A stretch of DNA of 64,000 nucleotides from an uncultured Rikenellaceae bacterium (GCA_964642615.1 CAZXSW010000007.1:2298-66297), one strand, 5' to 3'; positions 38,113 through 50,259 are shown, numbered from the stretch's first letter. Numbers and translations are program-made. Notes: generated from the sequence alone by a model not told the origin.

Positions 38113-39717
38113 TCAGCCGTTATTTTCGGATATCCTGTAGCTTTCTGATGTGTTATGGAATATAAGTGAAGGGAAAGTCTCCTTCATCACTTTTACCATC
38201 CATTCACTGTCAGCAAAAAACACCGGGTCGTTGTCCTTGTCATAGGCAATGAGGGATGATTTCCGGTTAAAGAATTCGGCTTCCTCCTTAGGATCACCAA
38301 AGGTGAACCATAAGGCTTTTACATACGGCTGTGGCCGAAGGTCACATCGGGCTCCATATTCATTTTCGAGTCTGAATTTTATTACATCAAACTGAAGCTC
38401 CCCCACGGTGCCGATAAACCTCCTGTTGCCGGGCTGCTGGGTAAAGAGCTGGGCAAGACCTTCATCAGTAAGCTGTCTGACTCCCTTGTCGAGCTGCTTG
38501 CTTTTTGAGGGATCGAGATTGATAACCTCCCTCAGGAGTTCGGGTGAGAAATTGGGTACGCCCTTGAAATGGAGGTTTTCTCCTTCAGTCAGGGTATCTC
38601 CTATCTTCATGTTACCTGTATCATAGATACCTATCACATCGCCCGGGAACGCCTCGTCGATGGTGTTTTTTGCATTGGCCATGAAAGAAGCAGAGGAAGA
38701 AAACCTCATCTTCCTGCCAAGGCGGGTATGATGGTAAAGTTTGTTCCTTTCAAACCTGCCGGAACATACTCTTATAAAAGCGATCCTGTTCCTGTGGTTG
38801 GGATCCAGGTTGGCATGTATCTTGAAAATGTAACCTGTGAAAAAGGGTTCTTCAGGACTGACTATCCGTTCATGGGCCACTGAATACGACGGGGGAGGAG
38901 CAATCTCCAGAAAGGTTGAAAGTATCTCCAGGACACCTATGTTGTTAAGGGCACTTCCGAAAAAAACCGGAGCCAGTAGTCCTTCAAGATACAGGTTCTC
39001 CTGAAAGGGTTCAAAAACATCTGAAGCCAGATCCGTCTCTTCATGCAGCTGCCTTATAATGTCTTCCCCGGCAAATTCCACGAGCCTGGGATCGTAAAGA
39101 TCGCCTGTCTCCAGAAGCATGTCTGACATACTGCTTTTCTCAGGCGTATAAAGCTGGATATTCTTCCTGAAGATGTTGTAAACACCCTTGAAGTCATTCC
39201 CCCTGCCAATGGGCCAGGTAAAAGGTGAAGCGGCTATTTTAAGCTCCTGTTCAAGTTCTTCTATAAGGTCGAACAGTTCCCTGCCTTCCCTGTCCATCTT
39301 GTTTATGAAGATCATTACCGGAGTAGCCCTCATGCGGCATACTTCCATGAGCCTTCTTGTCTGTTCTTCCACTCCCTTGGCACTGTCGACAACCAGTATG
39401 ACACTGTCGACAGCCGTAAGAGTACGGTATGTGTCTTCAGCAAAATCCTTGTGCCCGGGGGTGTCGAGTATGTTTATCTTGAATCCTTCATAGTCAAAAC
39501 TCATCACCGAGGTGGCAACTGAGATCCCCCTTTGTTTCTCTATCTCGAGAAAATCGGAGGTGGCTGTCTTCCTGATCTTGTTATTCTTTACTGCCCCGGC
39601 AACATGAATGGCACCTCCGAAAAGCAGCAGCTTCTCGGTAAGAGTGGTCTTTCCGGCATCAGGATGTGAAATGATGGCAAAGGTCCTTCTTTTTTCTATT
39701 TCGTTGATTATACCCAC
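38113..39717 (-). CDS. prfC: peptide chain release factor 3
   Basis: 534 aa. The motifs are [24 protein letters not shown] (G1), DTPGHKDF and NKMD, and the length and C-terminal domains are typical of RF3. Confidence 0.95.
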   Translation of the reverse strand: MGIINEIEKRRTFAIISHPDAGKTTLTEKLLLFGGAIHVAGAVKNNKIRKTATSDFLEIEKQRGISVATSVMSFDYEGFKINILDTPGHKDFAEDTYRTLTAVDSVILVVDSAKGVEEQTRRLMEVCRMRATPVMIFINKMDREGRELFDLIEELEQELKIAASPFTWPIGRGNDFKGVYNIFRKNIQLYTPEKSSMSDMLLETGDLYDPRLVEFAGEDIIRQLHEETDLASDVFEPFQENLYLEGLLAPVFFGSALNNIGVLEILSTFLEIAPPPSYSVAHERIVSPEEPFFTGYIFKIHANLDPNHRNRIAFIRVCSGRFERNKLYHHTRLGRKMRFSSSASFMANAKNTIDEAFPGDVIGIYDTGNMKIGDTLTEGENLHFKGVPNFSPELLREVINLDPSKSKQLDKGVRQLTDEGLAQLFTQQPGNRRFIGTVGELQFDVIKFRLENEYGARCDLRPQPYVKALWFTFGDPKEEAEFFNRKSSLIAYDKDNDPVFFADSEWMVKVMKETFPSLIFHNTSESYRISENNG

Positions 39718-39831
39718 AGAGCTTAATTATGTGAATGCCGGTAAGGCACTCCTGTTAATGGATTATAAATACCGGAGTCTTTATAACAATACATTTAATA
39801 GTAATTCATTTGGGGTAAGGGCATGCCCTCT

Positions 39832-41091
39832 TCATGGCCTTCGCTTATTGCGGTCAGGTGAACCGGCAGATCTGTTTCGGCCCTTCTGAAACCTCTTCTT
39901 TCTGAAACCCGGACCCCGGGAAATTGTCCGGTCAGATTCCTGAGGATTCTCTTTATATCCCGACTTTATGGATTCGGGCAGCTCCATCCGGTTGATCCTG
40001 TAGCCAATCAGCTTCTCTATCTGCTGTATCCTGGACATGTCGTGGCTGTTAATAAGAGTAACTGCCATACCTGTCTTTTCAGCACGGGCAGTACGTCCGA
40101 CGCGGTGAACATAATCCTCGGCATCGGAAGGGGCATCAAAATTGATTACCATGCTTATATCCATGATGTCGATTCCCCGGCTGAGAACATCGGTCGCCAC
40201 GAGTACCCTGCTTTTTTTTGAACTGAAGCGGGCCAGTATCTCCTCCCTGTCCTTTTGTTCGAGATCAGATGAGATGCCTTCGACAAGGTAATTATCAGAA
40301 CGGAGGCCACGGACTATCTCACTTACTTTTTTCTTTGTTGAACTGAAAACAAGAATACTCCTGTAATCGGGATTGTCAGCAACGATATGTTTGATAAGCG
40401 GCAGCTTCTGGTTGTCGCCCAGCAGGCAAACCGACTGGGAAACACCTTCGGCAGGCTTTGATATCTCAAGAGCTATGCTGGATGGATTGTTCATTATCCT
40501 CTTTGACAGGTCCCTGATCCTTGAAGGCATTGTGGCACTGAACATGAGAGTCTGACGCTTCTCAGGCAGATAGGAAATAATGTGCATGATGTCGTCGAGG
40601 AACCCGATGTCGAGCATCCGGTCGGCCTCGTCAAGGACAAGAACCTCGATCCGGTCGAATTTCACATATCCCTGATTAAGGTGAGAAATAAGCCGGCCCG
40701 GAGTGGCAACAATGATATCGGCACCTGTTGTCAGGGCGCTTTTTTCCTGATCCCAGGTGCTCCCGTCACCTCCTCCGTAAACGGCAAGAGAGGTAATGTC
40801 AAGTGTATATGCCAGTCCGAGAATCTGTCTGTCAATCTGTATAGCCAGTTCCCTCGTGGGTACAAGTATAAGGGTGTGTATGTGAGCAGGTCGTTTCCTG
40901 AAGATGTCGTTCAGTACGGGAAGCAGAAATGCTGCAGTCTTCCCCGTTCCGGTCTGGGCACAGGCAATAAGATCCTTTCCCGACATAATGACGGGAATCG
41001 CCTGTCCCTGCACCGGAGTGGTTTCCCTGAAACCCATATAATCTACTGACTCCATTAACTCCGGAATCAGACCCAGTTCATCAAATAACAT
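39832..41091 (-). CDS. DEAD-box ATP-dependent RNA helicase with a basic RG-rich tail
   Basis: 419 aa with the Q-motif GF...TPVQ, AQTGTGKT, PTRELA, VLDEADRMLD, SAT and HRVGRTAR, plus the C-terminal tail RGPGFRKKRFQKGRNRS. Confidence 0.9.
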   Translation of the reverse strand: MLFDELGLIPELMESVDYMGFRETTPVQGQAIPVIMSGKDLIACAQTGTGKTAAFLLPVLNDIFRKRPAHIHTLILVPTRELAIQIDRQILGLAYTLDITSLAVYGGGDGSTWDQEKSALTTGADIIVATPGRLISHLNQGYVKFDRIEVLVLDEADRMLDIGFLDDIMHIISYLPEKRQTLMFSATMPSRIRDLSKRIMNNPSSIALEISKPAEGVSQSVCLLGDNQKLPLIKHIVADNPDYRSILVFSSTKKKVSEIVRGLRSDNYLVEGISSDLEQKDREEILARFSSKKSRVLVATDVLSRGIDIMDISMVINFDAPSDAEDYVHRVGRTARAEKTGMAVTLINSHDMSRIQQIEKLIGYRINRMELPESIKSGYKENPQESDRTISRGPGFRKKRFQKGRNRSAGSPDRNKRRP

Positions 41092-41125
41092 TTTTGTCTG
41101 ATTTTTTCATTTACTTAAGAAGCCG

Positions 41126-41133
41126 CAAAGATA
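41126..41133 (-). promoter_or_regulatory. putative -7 promoter box TATCTTTG for the helicase gene
   Basis: The plus strand reads CAAAGATA, 35-42 nt upstream of the ATG at 41091. Confidence 0.4.
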
Positions 41134-41283
41134 AATAAAAAAAATATAACAATATTTGAAACGGCTATTTGTCAGTCACCTGTTTGCCGTAAAGCTTATT
41201 GTGAAGCAGTAGCTTCTGATACACTGAAGGCAAAACGAAGGGGTAAATTTATGTATTATTGAAATCCTAAAAAAGGCAGCACC

Positions 41284-41838
41284 ATGACAGAACAGATCAG
41301 GCAGATTGCAGAAAGGATAAGGGAGATCCGTGAGATATCCGGCATTTCGGCAGAGGCTCTGGCCGCAAGACTGGGGCTTGACAGTGAGCTCTATCTTGAA
41401 TACGAAAGCGGAGAGTCAGATATCCCCGTTGGTATAATATTCAGGATTGCCGAGTTGTTCAATGTTGAACTTTCCGTCCTGCTGGGAGGTAATAATCCCA
41501 GGCTTCATGTTTACGGGATAGTCAGAAACGGCAAGGGACTCAGACTCGAAAGAAGGCAGCAGTACAGGTATGAAAGCCTAGCCTTTAACTTCATACACAA
41601 GAAAGCTGAACCGTTTATGGTTACTATCGATCCACGGCCTGAAGGAGAGACTCTGGAATTCAATTCTCATCCGGGACAGGAATTCAACTATGTACTGCAG
41701 GGATCGATGATGACTATAATTGACGGACATGAGATTATTCTTAATGAAGGTGATTCAATTTATTTTGATTCAGGCTTCAACCATGCAATGAGGGCTCTTA
41801 ATAATGAACAGGTGAGATTCCTGGCAATAGTATTATAA
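41284..41838 (+). CDS. XRE-family transcriptional regulator with a C-terminal cupin domain
   Basis: 184 aa. The N-terminal HTH_3 is IRE.REISGISAEALAARLGL, and the C-terminal cupin is HPGQEFNYVLQG......GD..YFDS...H. Confidence 0.85.
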   Translation: MTEQIRQIAERIREIREISGISAEALAARLGLDSELYLEYESGESDIPVGIIFRIAELFNVELSVLLGGNNPRLHVYGIVRNGKGLRLERRQQYRYESLAFNFIHKKAEPFMVTIDPRPEGETLEFNSHPGQEFNYVLQGSMMTIIDGHEIILNEGDSIYFDSGFNHAMRALNNEQVRFLAIVL

Positions 41839-41855
41839 GATAAAAGCTTTAAATA

Positions 41856-43511
41856 ATGATTCTTGAAAAATATCTGAAACAGACTACATTCAATTCCTAC
41901 GAAGAGTTTAAAGAAAATTTCGAAATACAAATCCCGGATAGTTTCAATTTCGCCTACGACGTGGTTGATGAGATTGCACAGGAAACTCCTGACCGGATTG
42001 CCATGGTATGGTGCGATGACAGAGGTAATGAGGCAACCTTCACCTTTGGCCAGATGAAGTACTACAGCGAAAAGGCTGCTAATTTCTTCTGGTCGGCAGG
42101 TATCAGAAAAGGCGATCCGGTGATGCTAATCCTGAAGAGACACTACACATTCTGGTTCTGCTCCCTTGCACTTAACAGGATTGGCGCAGTAACCATTCCG
42201 GCAACACATCTGCTTTCAGCAAAAGATATAGTCTACAGGAATAATGCGGCTGATATAAAAATGATTGTCTGCGTGCCCGAGCCTCAGATAATTGAGCATG
42301 TCGAAGAATCCATGAAGCTCTCCCCATCGCTCAAGGCTAAAGTACTCATAGGTGAGGAAAGGGAAGGCTGGCTCGACTTCCTGAAAGGCATGGAGGAAAG
42401 CCCGGCTGAGTTTGCCAGACCGGAGGGGGACGAAGCTACAGTGAACAATGATATAATGCTTCTTTATTTTACCTCAGGTACAACAGGAATGCCAAAAATG
42501 GTAAGTCACGACTATACTTATCCCCTTGGACATATTGTTACTGCCCGCTACTGGCAGAATGTTATAGATGGTGGCCTTCATTTTACAATAGCTGATACTG
42601 GCTGGGCCAAATCAGCCTGGGGTAAGATCTACGGTCAGTGGCTCTCGGGAAGTGCAGTGATGACCTATGACTATGACAAGTTTGTTCCAAAGAATATCCT
42701 TGAGGTGATTGAGAAGTGCAAAGTCACCACCTTCTGTGCTCCTCCTACCATATACAGGTTCCTTATAAAGGAAGACCTTGCACTTTATGACCTGAGCAGC
42801 CTCAGGCATTGTGTTGTAGCCGGAGAACCCCTTAATCCGGAAGTTTTTAAACATTTCCATGAGAAGACAGGACTGAAACTTATGGAAGGGTACGGACAGA
42901 CAGAATGTACGGTTGCAATGGCAACCTACCCCTGGCTTGAACCCAAACCGGGTTCCATGGGGAAGCCCTCCCCGGGTTATGACATAGCTATAGTCGATGA
43001 TGAAGACAATCCCTGCGAGATAGGTATTGAAGGTGAGATAGTCATACGGACGGGAAGGAGAAAACCTGTTGGTATGTTTAAAGGTTATCACCGCGATGCA
43101 TCGATGACTGAAAGGGTATGGTCGGGTGATGTATACAGGACAGGAGATATGGCCTGGTGTGACGAAGACGGGTATTACTGGTTTGTCGGCAGGGCCGATG
43201 ATATTATAAAAAGCTCAGGTTACAGGATCGGTCCTTTTGAGGTAGAAAGCGCCCTGATAGAACATCCTGCTGTACTTGAATGTGCCGTCACTGCGGTTCC
43301 TGACCCTGACAGGGGGCAGATAGTAAAAGCTACCGTTGTACTGTCAAAGAACTATTACCCCGGCGAGGAACTGGCAAAAGACCTGCAGGAGCATGTCAAG
43401 CGGGTGACGGCACCCTATAAATATCCCAGGATAGTTGAATTTGTTACAGAACTTCCCAAAACAATAAGCGGCAAGATAAGAAGGGTCCAGATCAGGGAAA
43501 ATGAGTCGTGA
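41856..43511 (+). CDS. AMP-binding acyl-CoA synthetase (medium-chain type)
   Basis: 551 aa with [11 protein letters not shown] (AMP-binding core), GYGQTE, YRTGD and the C-terminal KTISGKIRR. Confidence 0.9.
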   Translation: MILEKYLKQTTFNSYEEFKENFEIQIPDSFNFAYDVVDEIAQETPDRIAMVWCDDRGNEATFTFGQMKYYSEKAANFFWSAGIRKGDPVMLILKRHYTFWFCSLALNRIGAVTIPATHLLSAKDIVYRNNAADIKMIVCVPEPQIIEHVEESMKLSPSLKAKVLIGEEREGWLDFLKGMEESPAEFARPEGDEATVNNDIMLLYFTSGTTGMPKMVSHDYTYPLGHIVTARYWQNVIDGGLHFTIADTGWAKSAWGKIYGQWLSGSAVMTYDYDKFVPKNILEVIEKCKVTTFCAPPTIYRFLIKEDLALYDLSSLRHCVVAGEPLNPEVFKHFHEKTGLKLMEGYGQTECTVAMATYPWLEPKPGSMGKPSPGYDIAIVDDEDNPCEIGIEGEIVIRTGRRKPVGMFKGYHRDASMTERVWSGDVYRTGDMAWCDEDGYYWFVGRADDIIKSSGYRIGPFEVESALIEHPAVLECAVTAVPDPDRGQIVKATVVLSKNYYPGEELAKDLQEHVKRVTAPYKYPRIVEFVTELPKTISGKIRRVQIRENES

Positions 43512-43563
43512 AATTCGGGTTTTTCAAGCATAATCACTGTTCCGGCCCTTCCGATATGTTTTC

Positions 43564-44889
43564 TTATTCGTCCGCCGTATTCCCGGACTTCCGAGTTTTT
43601 TTAAACAGCTCCATCCTGCCCGATAATTTCATAATTACTGCAAGCAGAACAAATAGCCCTGCGTTGCCTGCCAGATAAGCGTATTCATCAAGGGTAAGGA
43701 GAACAAAGATAAAAGAGTAGAGGATAGTCAGCATCATAAATACTGTTAGGGCAGGCTTTTTATCCCTGAACAGAGTGAAGGTGAAAATCGAAATAAGCAA
43801 TACCGTGGACAGAGCAGAGATCAGATAGGCTGTATTAAATCCTGTCTGTTCACTGAGCGAGTTAAGAAGTGAAAAGAACAACACAAGTCCCATTGATACA
43901 AGCAAATAATGGAATATATGAATTGTCTCTTTTCTTGTTACCTCAAGAAAAATAAGAACAAAAAAGGTGAGGGCTATAAAGAGTATCCCGTACTTTGAAC
44001 TTCTCCATGACTTCTGGTAGTGGTCGACAGGCTGAAACAGATCAACGCCAAAAGAACTGCCCAGAGGGTCGAACGAACTTCCTGTCCAGCTTTGCGGGTA
44101 ATTCCTGTTAAGATAAGTAACTTCCCATTCGGCTGTAAACCCCGATTCATCAATAGTCCTTTCACCTGGAAGGAAACCTCCGCTGAAGCGTGGTGAGTCC
44201 CAGTCTGAGCTAAGAACTACATTTGTATTTTTCCCAAGCGGTGTAAACAATAAGCCCTCCGAACCCGACAGGTTTAAATCCATCTCAAAGGGAATGGTGT
44301 CTCCCTCGGTTATCCCCTTCCCGGGAAATGATATGCCGGAGCTGAATATATCGTTGTCCCTCACTCCTGGCTCGGCTTCAGGTTCATAATCTCCTGTTTT
44401 TATACTTATGGTGCCTTTCAGGCCCCTGTTGTCAGTTATTCCTGCAGTAAAGTAGGCTTCATTCCAGAGGATCTCATATTTCTTAAGCAATCCGGCTTCG
44501 GGAACGGCAATGTCACCCCTGATGCTTAGCTTCGAATCATATACAACTGATTTGTATATTCCCTTATATCTGATCTCAGGATCAATATTTCCACTGACAG
44601 TGAGATTCTCAGGAAGAATATGCCATATTCCGCTTTCGTGGCCGGCATCTTTTTCCACACCCTGACTCCTGAAGGGAATATTAAGCACCGGTCCTGAAAA
44701 ACACTGTTTTCCTCCCCACTGTAGTGATATATCCTTCATTACCTTCTCTGCATTAGCTTCCCTTTCCTTTATCATCTCCTTTATCATCTCAAGAGGGACC
44801 AGCAGTACAAGTCCAAGGATGCCCAGCAGTGCCAGTTTTACCGTAAGCGACTGATGCCATCTGTCTGTGTTGTTGATTTCTATTTTCAT
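43564..44889 (-). CDS. creD: cell envelope integrity protein CreD
   Basis: The start was chosen at MKIEINN (ATG 44889; track start 44931). It has an N-terminal TM segment, a large periplasmic region and then 5 C-terminal TM segments. Motifs such as YKS.KYGILFI resemble CreD. Confidence 0.8.
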   Translation of the reverse strand: MKIEINNTDRWHQSLTVKLALLGILGLVLLVPLEMIKEMIKEREANAEKVMKDISLQWGGKQCFSGPVLNIPFRSQGVEKDAGHESGIWHILPENLTVSGNIDPEIRYKGIYKSVVYDSKLSIRGDIAVPEAGLLKKYEILWNEAYFTAGITDNRGLKGTISIKTGDYEPEAEPGVRDNDIFSSGISFPGKGITEGDTIPFEMDLNLSGSEGLLFTPLGKNTNVVLSSDWDSPRFSGGFLPGERTIDESGFTAEWEVTYLNRNYPQSWTGSSFDPLGSSFGVDLFQPVDHYQKSWRSSKYGILFIALTFFVLIFLEVTRKETIHIFHYLLVSMGLVLFFSLLNSLSEQTGFNTAYLISALSTVLLISIFTFTLFRDKKPALTVFMMLTILYSFIFVLLTLDEYAYLAGNAGLFVLLAVIMKLSGRMELFKKTRKSGNTADE

Positions 44890-44917
44890 GACTAAAGATT
44901 TTTGTGTATGTAAAAGT

Positions 44918-44934
44918 ACTTTGAATAACAAAGT
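44918..44934. promoter_or_regulatory. palindrome ACTTTG-AATAA-CAAAGT upstream of creD (copy 1 of a repeated motif of about 29 bp)
   Basis: AAAAGTACTTTGAATAACAAAGTGAATAA at 44912-44940 lies between the wHTH gene stop and the creD ATG. Confidence 0.5.
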
Positions 44935-44950
44935 GAATAAATAAAAAAAA

Positions 44951-45247
44951 TTATATATCCTTTATAAGGTTTTCAAGAGCCCTCAGATGAAGGTTGAATT
45001 CTGCAATTCCTTTTTCTGTGGCCGAATAGCTTGTATTTGGTTTGCGTCCGATAAAGCTTTTGTTAACTTCTATCATCCCCTTTTCCTCGAGAGCCCTGAG
45101 GTGACTTGCCAGATTTCCGTCGGTAACATCAAGGGTTTCCTTAAGACTGTTGAAATCATAAGATTCGTTTGCCATAAGCACCGACATGATACCCAGCCGT
45201 ATGCGGCTTTCAAATATCTTGTTTATGTTGGATAGGAGATCCTTCAT
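44951..45247 (-). CDS. small winged-helix transcriptional regulator
   Basis: 98 aa. R..IMS.L......FN.LKE.L.VTDGNLASHLRALEE.G.I...K.F.GRKP.T.Y..T..G is the layout of a wHTH DNA-binding domain. ATGA overlap with the upstream membrane-protein gene. Confidence 0.8.
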   Translation of the reverse strand: MKDLLSNINKIFESRIRLGIMSVLMANESYDFNSLKETLDVTDGNLASHLRALEEKGMIEVNKSFIGRKPNTSYSATEKGIAEFNLHLRALENLIKDI

Positions 45248-45879
45248 GATTCATATTTTCTGTACAGGGCTATCCCGTATAAAATATGAAGTAATCCGAA
45301 CCCGAAAATCCAGAAAAACAGGTCACCTCCAGAAAAGAAGGCAGCTGCAAGTCCAGTCAGTACTTCAAGTATCCCCAGGTAAACGATCTCACTGAAGGTG
45401 AATTTACCGGCATTTACAAGTGCCAGTCCGTAAAAGATAAGTAAAGAAGGAATAATAAGTGCGAAATTGTTTTGAAGTATAAGAATCACTGCAAAAATAC
45501 CTCCGGTGGCAAGGGGTATGAGAAGGTTTATAAGAAGTCTTTTTGAAACCGGGGTCCAGAAAAGCTTGCCTGTCCTTGCAGCTTTTCTTACGGCCAGGAA
45601 AAGAGCGAACAGCACTGATATGACAAGCACCAGTGCCGCACATGCCACAAGCCAACATATTACAGACCCCGGGGCATTGCCCGAAAGGCTTCCCGTGCTT
45701 TCATCATACCCGAAGGCGGAGCCTTTCAGGATGAGAAAATATGCTGCAAGTCCTCCGGCTGTGGCTGTCAATCCGGCCAGTACCCCTGACAAGCCGCTGA
45801 GCGACAGGAATCTGGAAGACTCTTCCATTATTTTCCGGATCGCCTTTAAGTCCTCAATTGATGTGTTTCCGCTTTTCAT
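45244..45879 (-). CDS. hypothetical polytopic membrane protein (first gene of the wHTH-creD cluster)
   Basis: 211 aa with about 5 TM segments. No motif recognised. Confidence 0.6.
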   Translation of the reverse strand: MKSGNTSIEDLKAIRKIMEESSRFLSLSGLSGVLAGLTATAGGLAAYFLILKGSAFGYDESTGSLSGNAPGSVICWLVACAALVLVISVLFALFLAVRKAARTGKLFWTPVSKRLLINLLIPLATGGIFAVILILQNNFALIIPSLLIFYGLALVNAGKFTFSEIVYLGILEVLTGLAAAFFSGGDLFFWIFGFGLLHILYGIALYRKYES

Positions 45880-45890
45880 AATTAAAAAGT

Positions 45891-45907
45891 GCTTTGAATT
45901 ACAAAGT
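45891..45907. promoter_or_regulatory. palindrome GCTTTG-AATTA-CAAAGT upstream of the membrane-protein gene (copy 2 of the repeated motif)
   Basis: AAAAGTGCTTTGAATTACAAAGTAAAATA at 45885-45913 lies 12 nt upstream of the ATG at 45879. It matches copy 1 at 25 of 29 positions. Confidence 0.5.
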
Positions 45908-46173
45908 AAAATATAATTACCGGATGATGCAAGTTTTTTTAAGATTATTATTCCTGATATTCCTGAGTAATCCGGCTTTCAACGGCAGAACTGATTATTT
46001 AAAGACAGGATCAGCTGAATTGTGACAGGCGAAGCGTGTGATTACTGATTTTAGATATATTTGCATTTAATCCGTGCAGGTATTCAGTCAGGCTTTGGAA
46101 TAAAATGAAAATGACTGGCAGGATATCAGATGCAGGTAGCGGATCTTTCAGTTAACCAACTAAACCAAACATT

Positions 46174-46770
46174 ATGAAAACGAAAGTGTTTATTCTGGGT
46201 GTTTTGTTAATGCTTTCATCAGCTTCTTTTTCACAGACTGAGAAGGGAACATTTCTTGTTTCGGGAAGAACCAGCCTGGAATTTGCAAGGAGTGTGACCA
46301 ATTTTTCGTATGACGGGCAATCAATTCCTCAGGCGAATTCAGATATCAATTCTTTCAGGCTGTTTTCCGACCTTGGATACTTTGTTGCAAATAATTTTGT
46401 TGCCGGTGTTTCAGTGAATTATTCCCTCAGCACAAGCTTCCCTTCTTCAGGAGAGAAGGTTAAGGCAGGTGAGTTCATCATTATGCCCACACTGATATAT
46501 TATATTCCTCTTGAGTCTTCTCTTCGGCCTTTTATTCAGGTTGGAGGTGGTTATGCCAATGCTACTGAGGAAGCAGGAGGAGATAAGCAGAATTTTTCTG
46601 GTGTTGGTTATGGAGCCGGCGCCGGCCTGGCCTGGTTTGTCAGTGAAAAACTTTCCATTGACCTGGGGATACAATGGGCCGGGACAAAGTTGAAATATTC
46701 GGAGGATAGCGATGTGAAATTGTCGGGCGACTCCCTTGGAGCCGCAATAGGATTCTCTCTGTACCTTTAA
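46174..46770 (+). CDS. small outer-membrane beta-barrel protein (OmpW/porin_OmpA-like 8-strand type)
   Basis: 198 aa with a signal peptide ending SFSQ, alternating hydrophobic strands and the C-terminal sequence GFSLYL. Confidence 0.7.
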   Translation: MKTKVFILGVLLMLSSASFSQTEKGTFLVSGRTSLEFARSVTNFSYDGQSIPQANSDINSFRLFSDLGYFVANNFVAGVSVNYSLSTSFPSSGEKVKAGEFIIMPTLIYYIPLESSLRPFIQVGGGYANATEEAGGDKQNFSGVGYGAGAGLAWFVSEKLSIDLGIQWAGTKLKYSEDSDVKLSGDSLGAAIGFSLYL

Positions 46771-46855
46771 TCTGACCGGCGGTGCCGGACTTTATGATTA
46801 GACCTGCAGGAGAAAAAAAGTGGCCTGACAGGTAACAATAAAATAAAATGTCAGT

Positions 46856-47452
46856 ATGGCCTGTATGACAAAACCAAATGACTGTCGGGCCTGGAAGAAC
46901 CATTTCCTGGTTCCTCTGCTTATAATGGCAGTCATTCAGTTACTTATGTCGTCGTGTTCCGGCAGGCTTTACCGTGATATTCAGGCAGGGACTACTGTAA
47001 ACAGGGTCGAGGCCGGCGATCTTCGCAGTTTCATGAATTCGGATGTTGAAAAAGAATTGGATACCCGTAAGGCAAATCCTGATATGATTATTCAGACTGC
47101 GCGGCGCTATCTCGGGGTTCCACACTGTATGGGAGGAACAACTGAAAAGTGTATGGACTGTTCGGGTCTTCTGTACAGGGTCTTTTTAATACATGGAATA
47201 AAGCTGCCTCATAACTCTGAGGAGCAGGCAAGGTATGGTAAGATAATAGCTGATGAAGGAAAGCTTAAAACCGGAGATCTGGTCTTTTTTACCAGGACAT
47301 ACAATACAAAACAATTCGTAACACATTCAGGCATCTATACAGGTAGCGGAAAGTTTATTCATACGTCATCATCCGGAGGTGTTGTCGTAACATCGATAAA
47401 TGATCCATGGTGGAGGGAGAGATATCTCTTTGGGACAAGGGTTTTTGACTGA
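46856..47452 (+). CDS. NlpC/P60 (C40) peptidoglycan peptidase lipoprotein
   Basis: It has the lipobox LLMSSC, the catalytic Cys block MDCSGLLYRVF, and His/His in THSGIY.GSGKFIHTSS. Confidence 0.8.
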   Translation: MACMTKPNDCRAWKNHFLVPLLIMAVIQLLMSSCSGRLYRDIQAGTTVNRVEAGDLRSFMNSDVEKELDTRKANPDMIIQTARRYLGVPHCMGGTTEKCMDCSGLLYRVFLIHGIKLPHNSEEQARYGKIIADEGKLKTGDLVFFTRTYNTKQFVTHSGIYTGSGKFIHTSSSGGVVVTSINDPWWRERYLFGTRVFD

Positions 47453-47697
47453 TTTTTATACTGCTGTGTTTCCTTCGTTCAACGGTGTATGCCAGTGGTT
47501 TCAGCCTGTGGCTGACGCGGCTATTATCAAAATGACTGAAAATTAAAAGTAATTGACAAGTAAGAGATATGCCGGCCTGCTAAAAGTGTTTTTTTTTGTA
47601 ACTGAGACGGAGTATCAGTTTACTCCAGTAAAGTTATTTCCGTTTCCGGAAAAACTATTTTAGTAAGGATAATCAGTAGGAAGAAATTAAACCTTAA

Positions 47698-48864
<1,167 letters not shown>

Positions 48865-48982
48865 GATTGATTTTTTATAGCAGGGGGGATAATCCTGAAC
48901 CATGTGGAAAACCATAGTCAGGGTTCCGTAGTAAGGGAAAGGCTCCCCTGCAATTTTTTCAAGAATAAATATTAATTAAATT

Positions 48983-50143
48983 ATGAAGAAAGTATTAAGT
49001 GTTTTTTTAAGCGTGTTTTTAGTTACTGCACTGATAATGGTCAGTTCGGAAACTGCTACCGGTCAGACTGCCAAACCGGCTGCTAAAAAAATTGTTCCCG
49101 GAGTACAGGCTCCTCCTGCCAATCCAGGACAGAATAACTTCGGTGGGATGCGTCCACCTGCAGGCTCAGCTCAACCAAGGCCTCCCATGGCCCGTCCTCC
49201 AATGGCTGAACCAAAGATTACTACGGTTTCACTTGATGATATTTCAATGAGTGACCCTTTTATCTATGTTGAGAAATCGACGAATACCTATTATCTCACA
49301 GGTACCGGCGGACGTCTTTATAAAAGCAATGACCTTAAGATGTGGACAGGACCGTATTCCATTATCAACCTGGAGGGAACATGGATGGATGGTAATTTTG
49401 TTGCTGCCGCAGAGATTCACAAGATAGGTAATAAGTATTACCTGGCAGGCACCTGGAGTGATCACAGCACAATTATCCAGTATGTACCCCGCCGTTATAA
49501 TGTGCCGCGTAACCAGACCCAGCTTCTGGTTGCCGATACGCCCGAGGGTCCGTATTACCCCCTTGTCAAGGAGAAAGAGTTTTGCCTCGGTCCTGAAGAC
49601 TGGGATATCATCGATGGAACACTTTATGAGGAGAACGATACTACCTATATGGTAATAGTTCATGAATGGACCCAGCTGATCGACGGGACAATGGATTACA
49701 TGCCTCTTTCAAAGGACCTTACACACAGGACGGCTGATCCGATCACTATGTTCCGTGCAAGTGAAGCAGCCTGGTCAAAGGAAATGAACGGTATTGGAGA
49801 AGCTACTTTTGGTCTTAAAATGCCGGGTTGGGTAACTGATGGTCCTCAGATGTTCAGGACAAAAACAGGAAGACTTGGAATGTTATGGTCGAGCTGGGGT
49901 GACAGAAGATATGCTCAGGGGATTGCCTGGTCGGAGTCAGGTACTATCCACGGTCCGTGGATCCAGGAACCAGAATCGTTCAAAGGCGATAACTCGGGTC
50001 ATGGAATGCTGTTCACCACCCTTGAGGGCAAACTGCTGTTTATCATTCACCATGCCGAAGGCAACGGCCCCAGGAAACCAGAGCTTTATGAAATAGACAA
50101 CTCGGGTGATAAACTTATTCTGGGAGCCAGATATAATCCCTGA
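48983..50143 (+). CDS. glycoside hydrolase family 43 protein with a Pro-rich N-terminal linker
   Basis: 386 aa. The signal peptide is followed by about 50 aa of low complexity (PPANPGQNNFGGMRPPAGSAQPRPPMARPPMAEP) and then a five-bladed-propeller-like GH43 core (SDPFIYV.....YYLTGT, WAPE-like AAEIH, DG). Confidence 0.8.
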   Translation: MKKVLSVFLSVFLVTALIMVSSETATGQTAKPAAKKIVPGVQAPPANPGQNNFGGMRPPAGSAQPRPPMARPPMAEPKITTVSLDDISMSDPFIYVEKSTNTYYLTGTGGRLYKSNDLKMWTGPYSIINLEGTWMDGNFVAAAEIHKIGNKYYLAGTWSDHSTIIQYVPRRYNVPRNQTQLLVADTPEGPYYPLVKEKEFCLGPEDWDIIDGTLYEENDTTYMVIVHEWTQLIDGTMDYMPLSKDLTHRTADPITMFRASEAAWSKEMNGIGEATFGLKMPGWVTDGPQMFRTKTGRLGMLWSSWGDRRYAQGIAWSESGTIHGPWIQEPESFKGDNSGHGMLFTTLEGKLLFIIHHAEGNGPRKPELYEIDNSGDKLILGARYNP

Positions 50144-50220
50144 TTCTTTAAATAGTTTATTTGATGTCGCGACCCCGAAGGTTTATCTTCATTTTCCAGG
50201 GGTCGGTATTTAGCAGCAAA

Positions 50221-50259
50221 GATCCCTGACCTCAATGGTCAGGGATCTTTTAATTTTTA
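50221..50259 (+). terminator. rho-independent terminator after the GH43 gene
   Basis: A perfect 11-bp stem GATCCCTGACC (50221-50231) / GGTCAGGGATC (50237-50247) with a 5-nt loop is followed by TTTTAATTTTT. Confidence 0.8.

Noticed and set aside
39818-39829. Palindrome AGGGCATGCCCT just after the helicase stop codon as a terminator
   Set aside because: The 12-bp palindrome has no loop and no following U-tract, so the evidence is insufficient.
48865-48982. Possible structured RNA between the CE1 esterase and GH43 genes (GCAGGGG ... CCCCTGC followed by a T-run)
   Set aside because: The 7-bp arms are separated by about 60 nt with no convincing internal structure. Most likely this is just a loose terminator, which is too weak to report as a feature.
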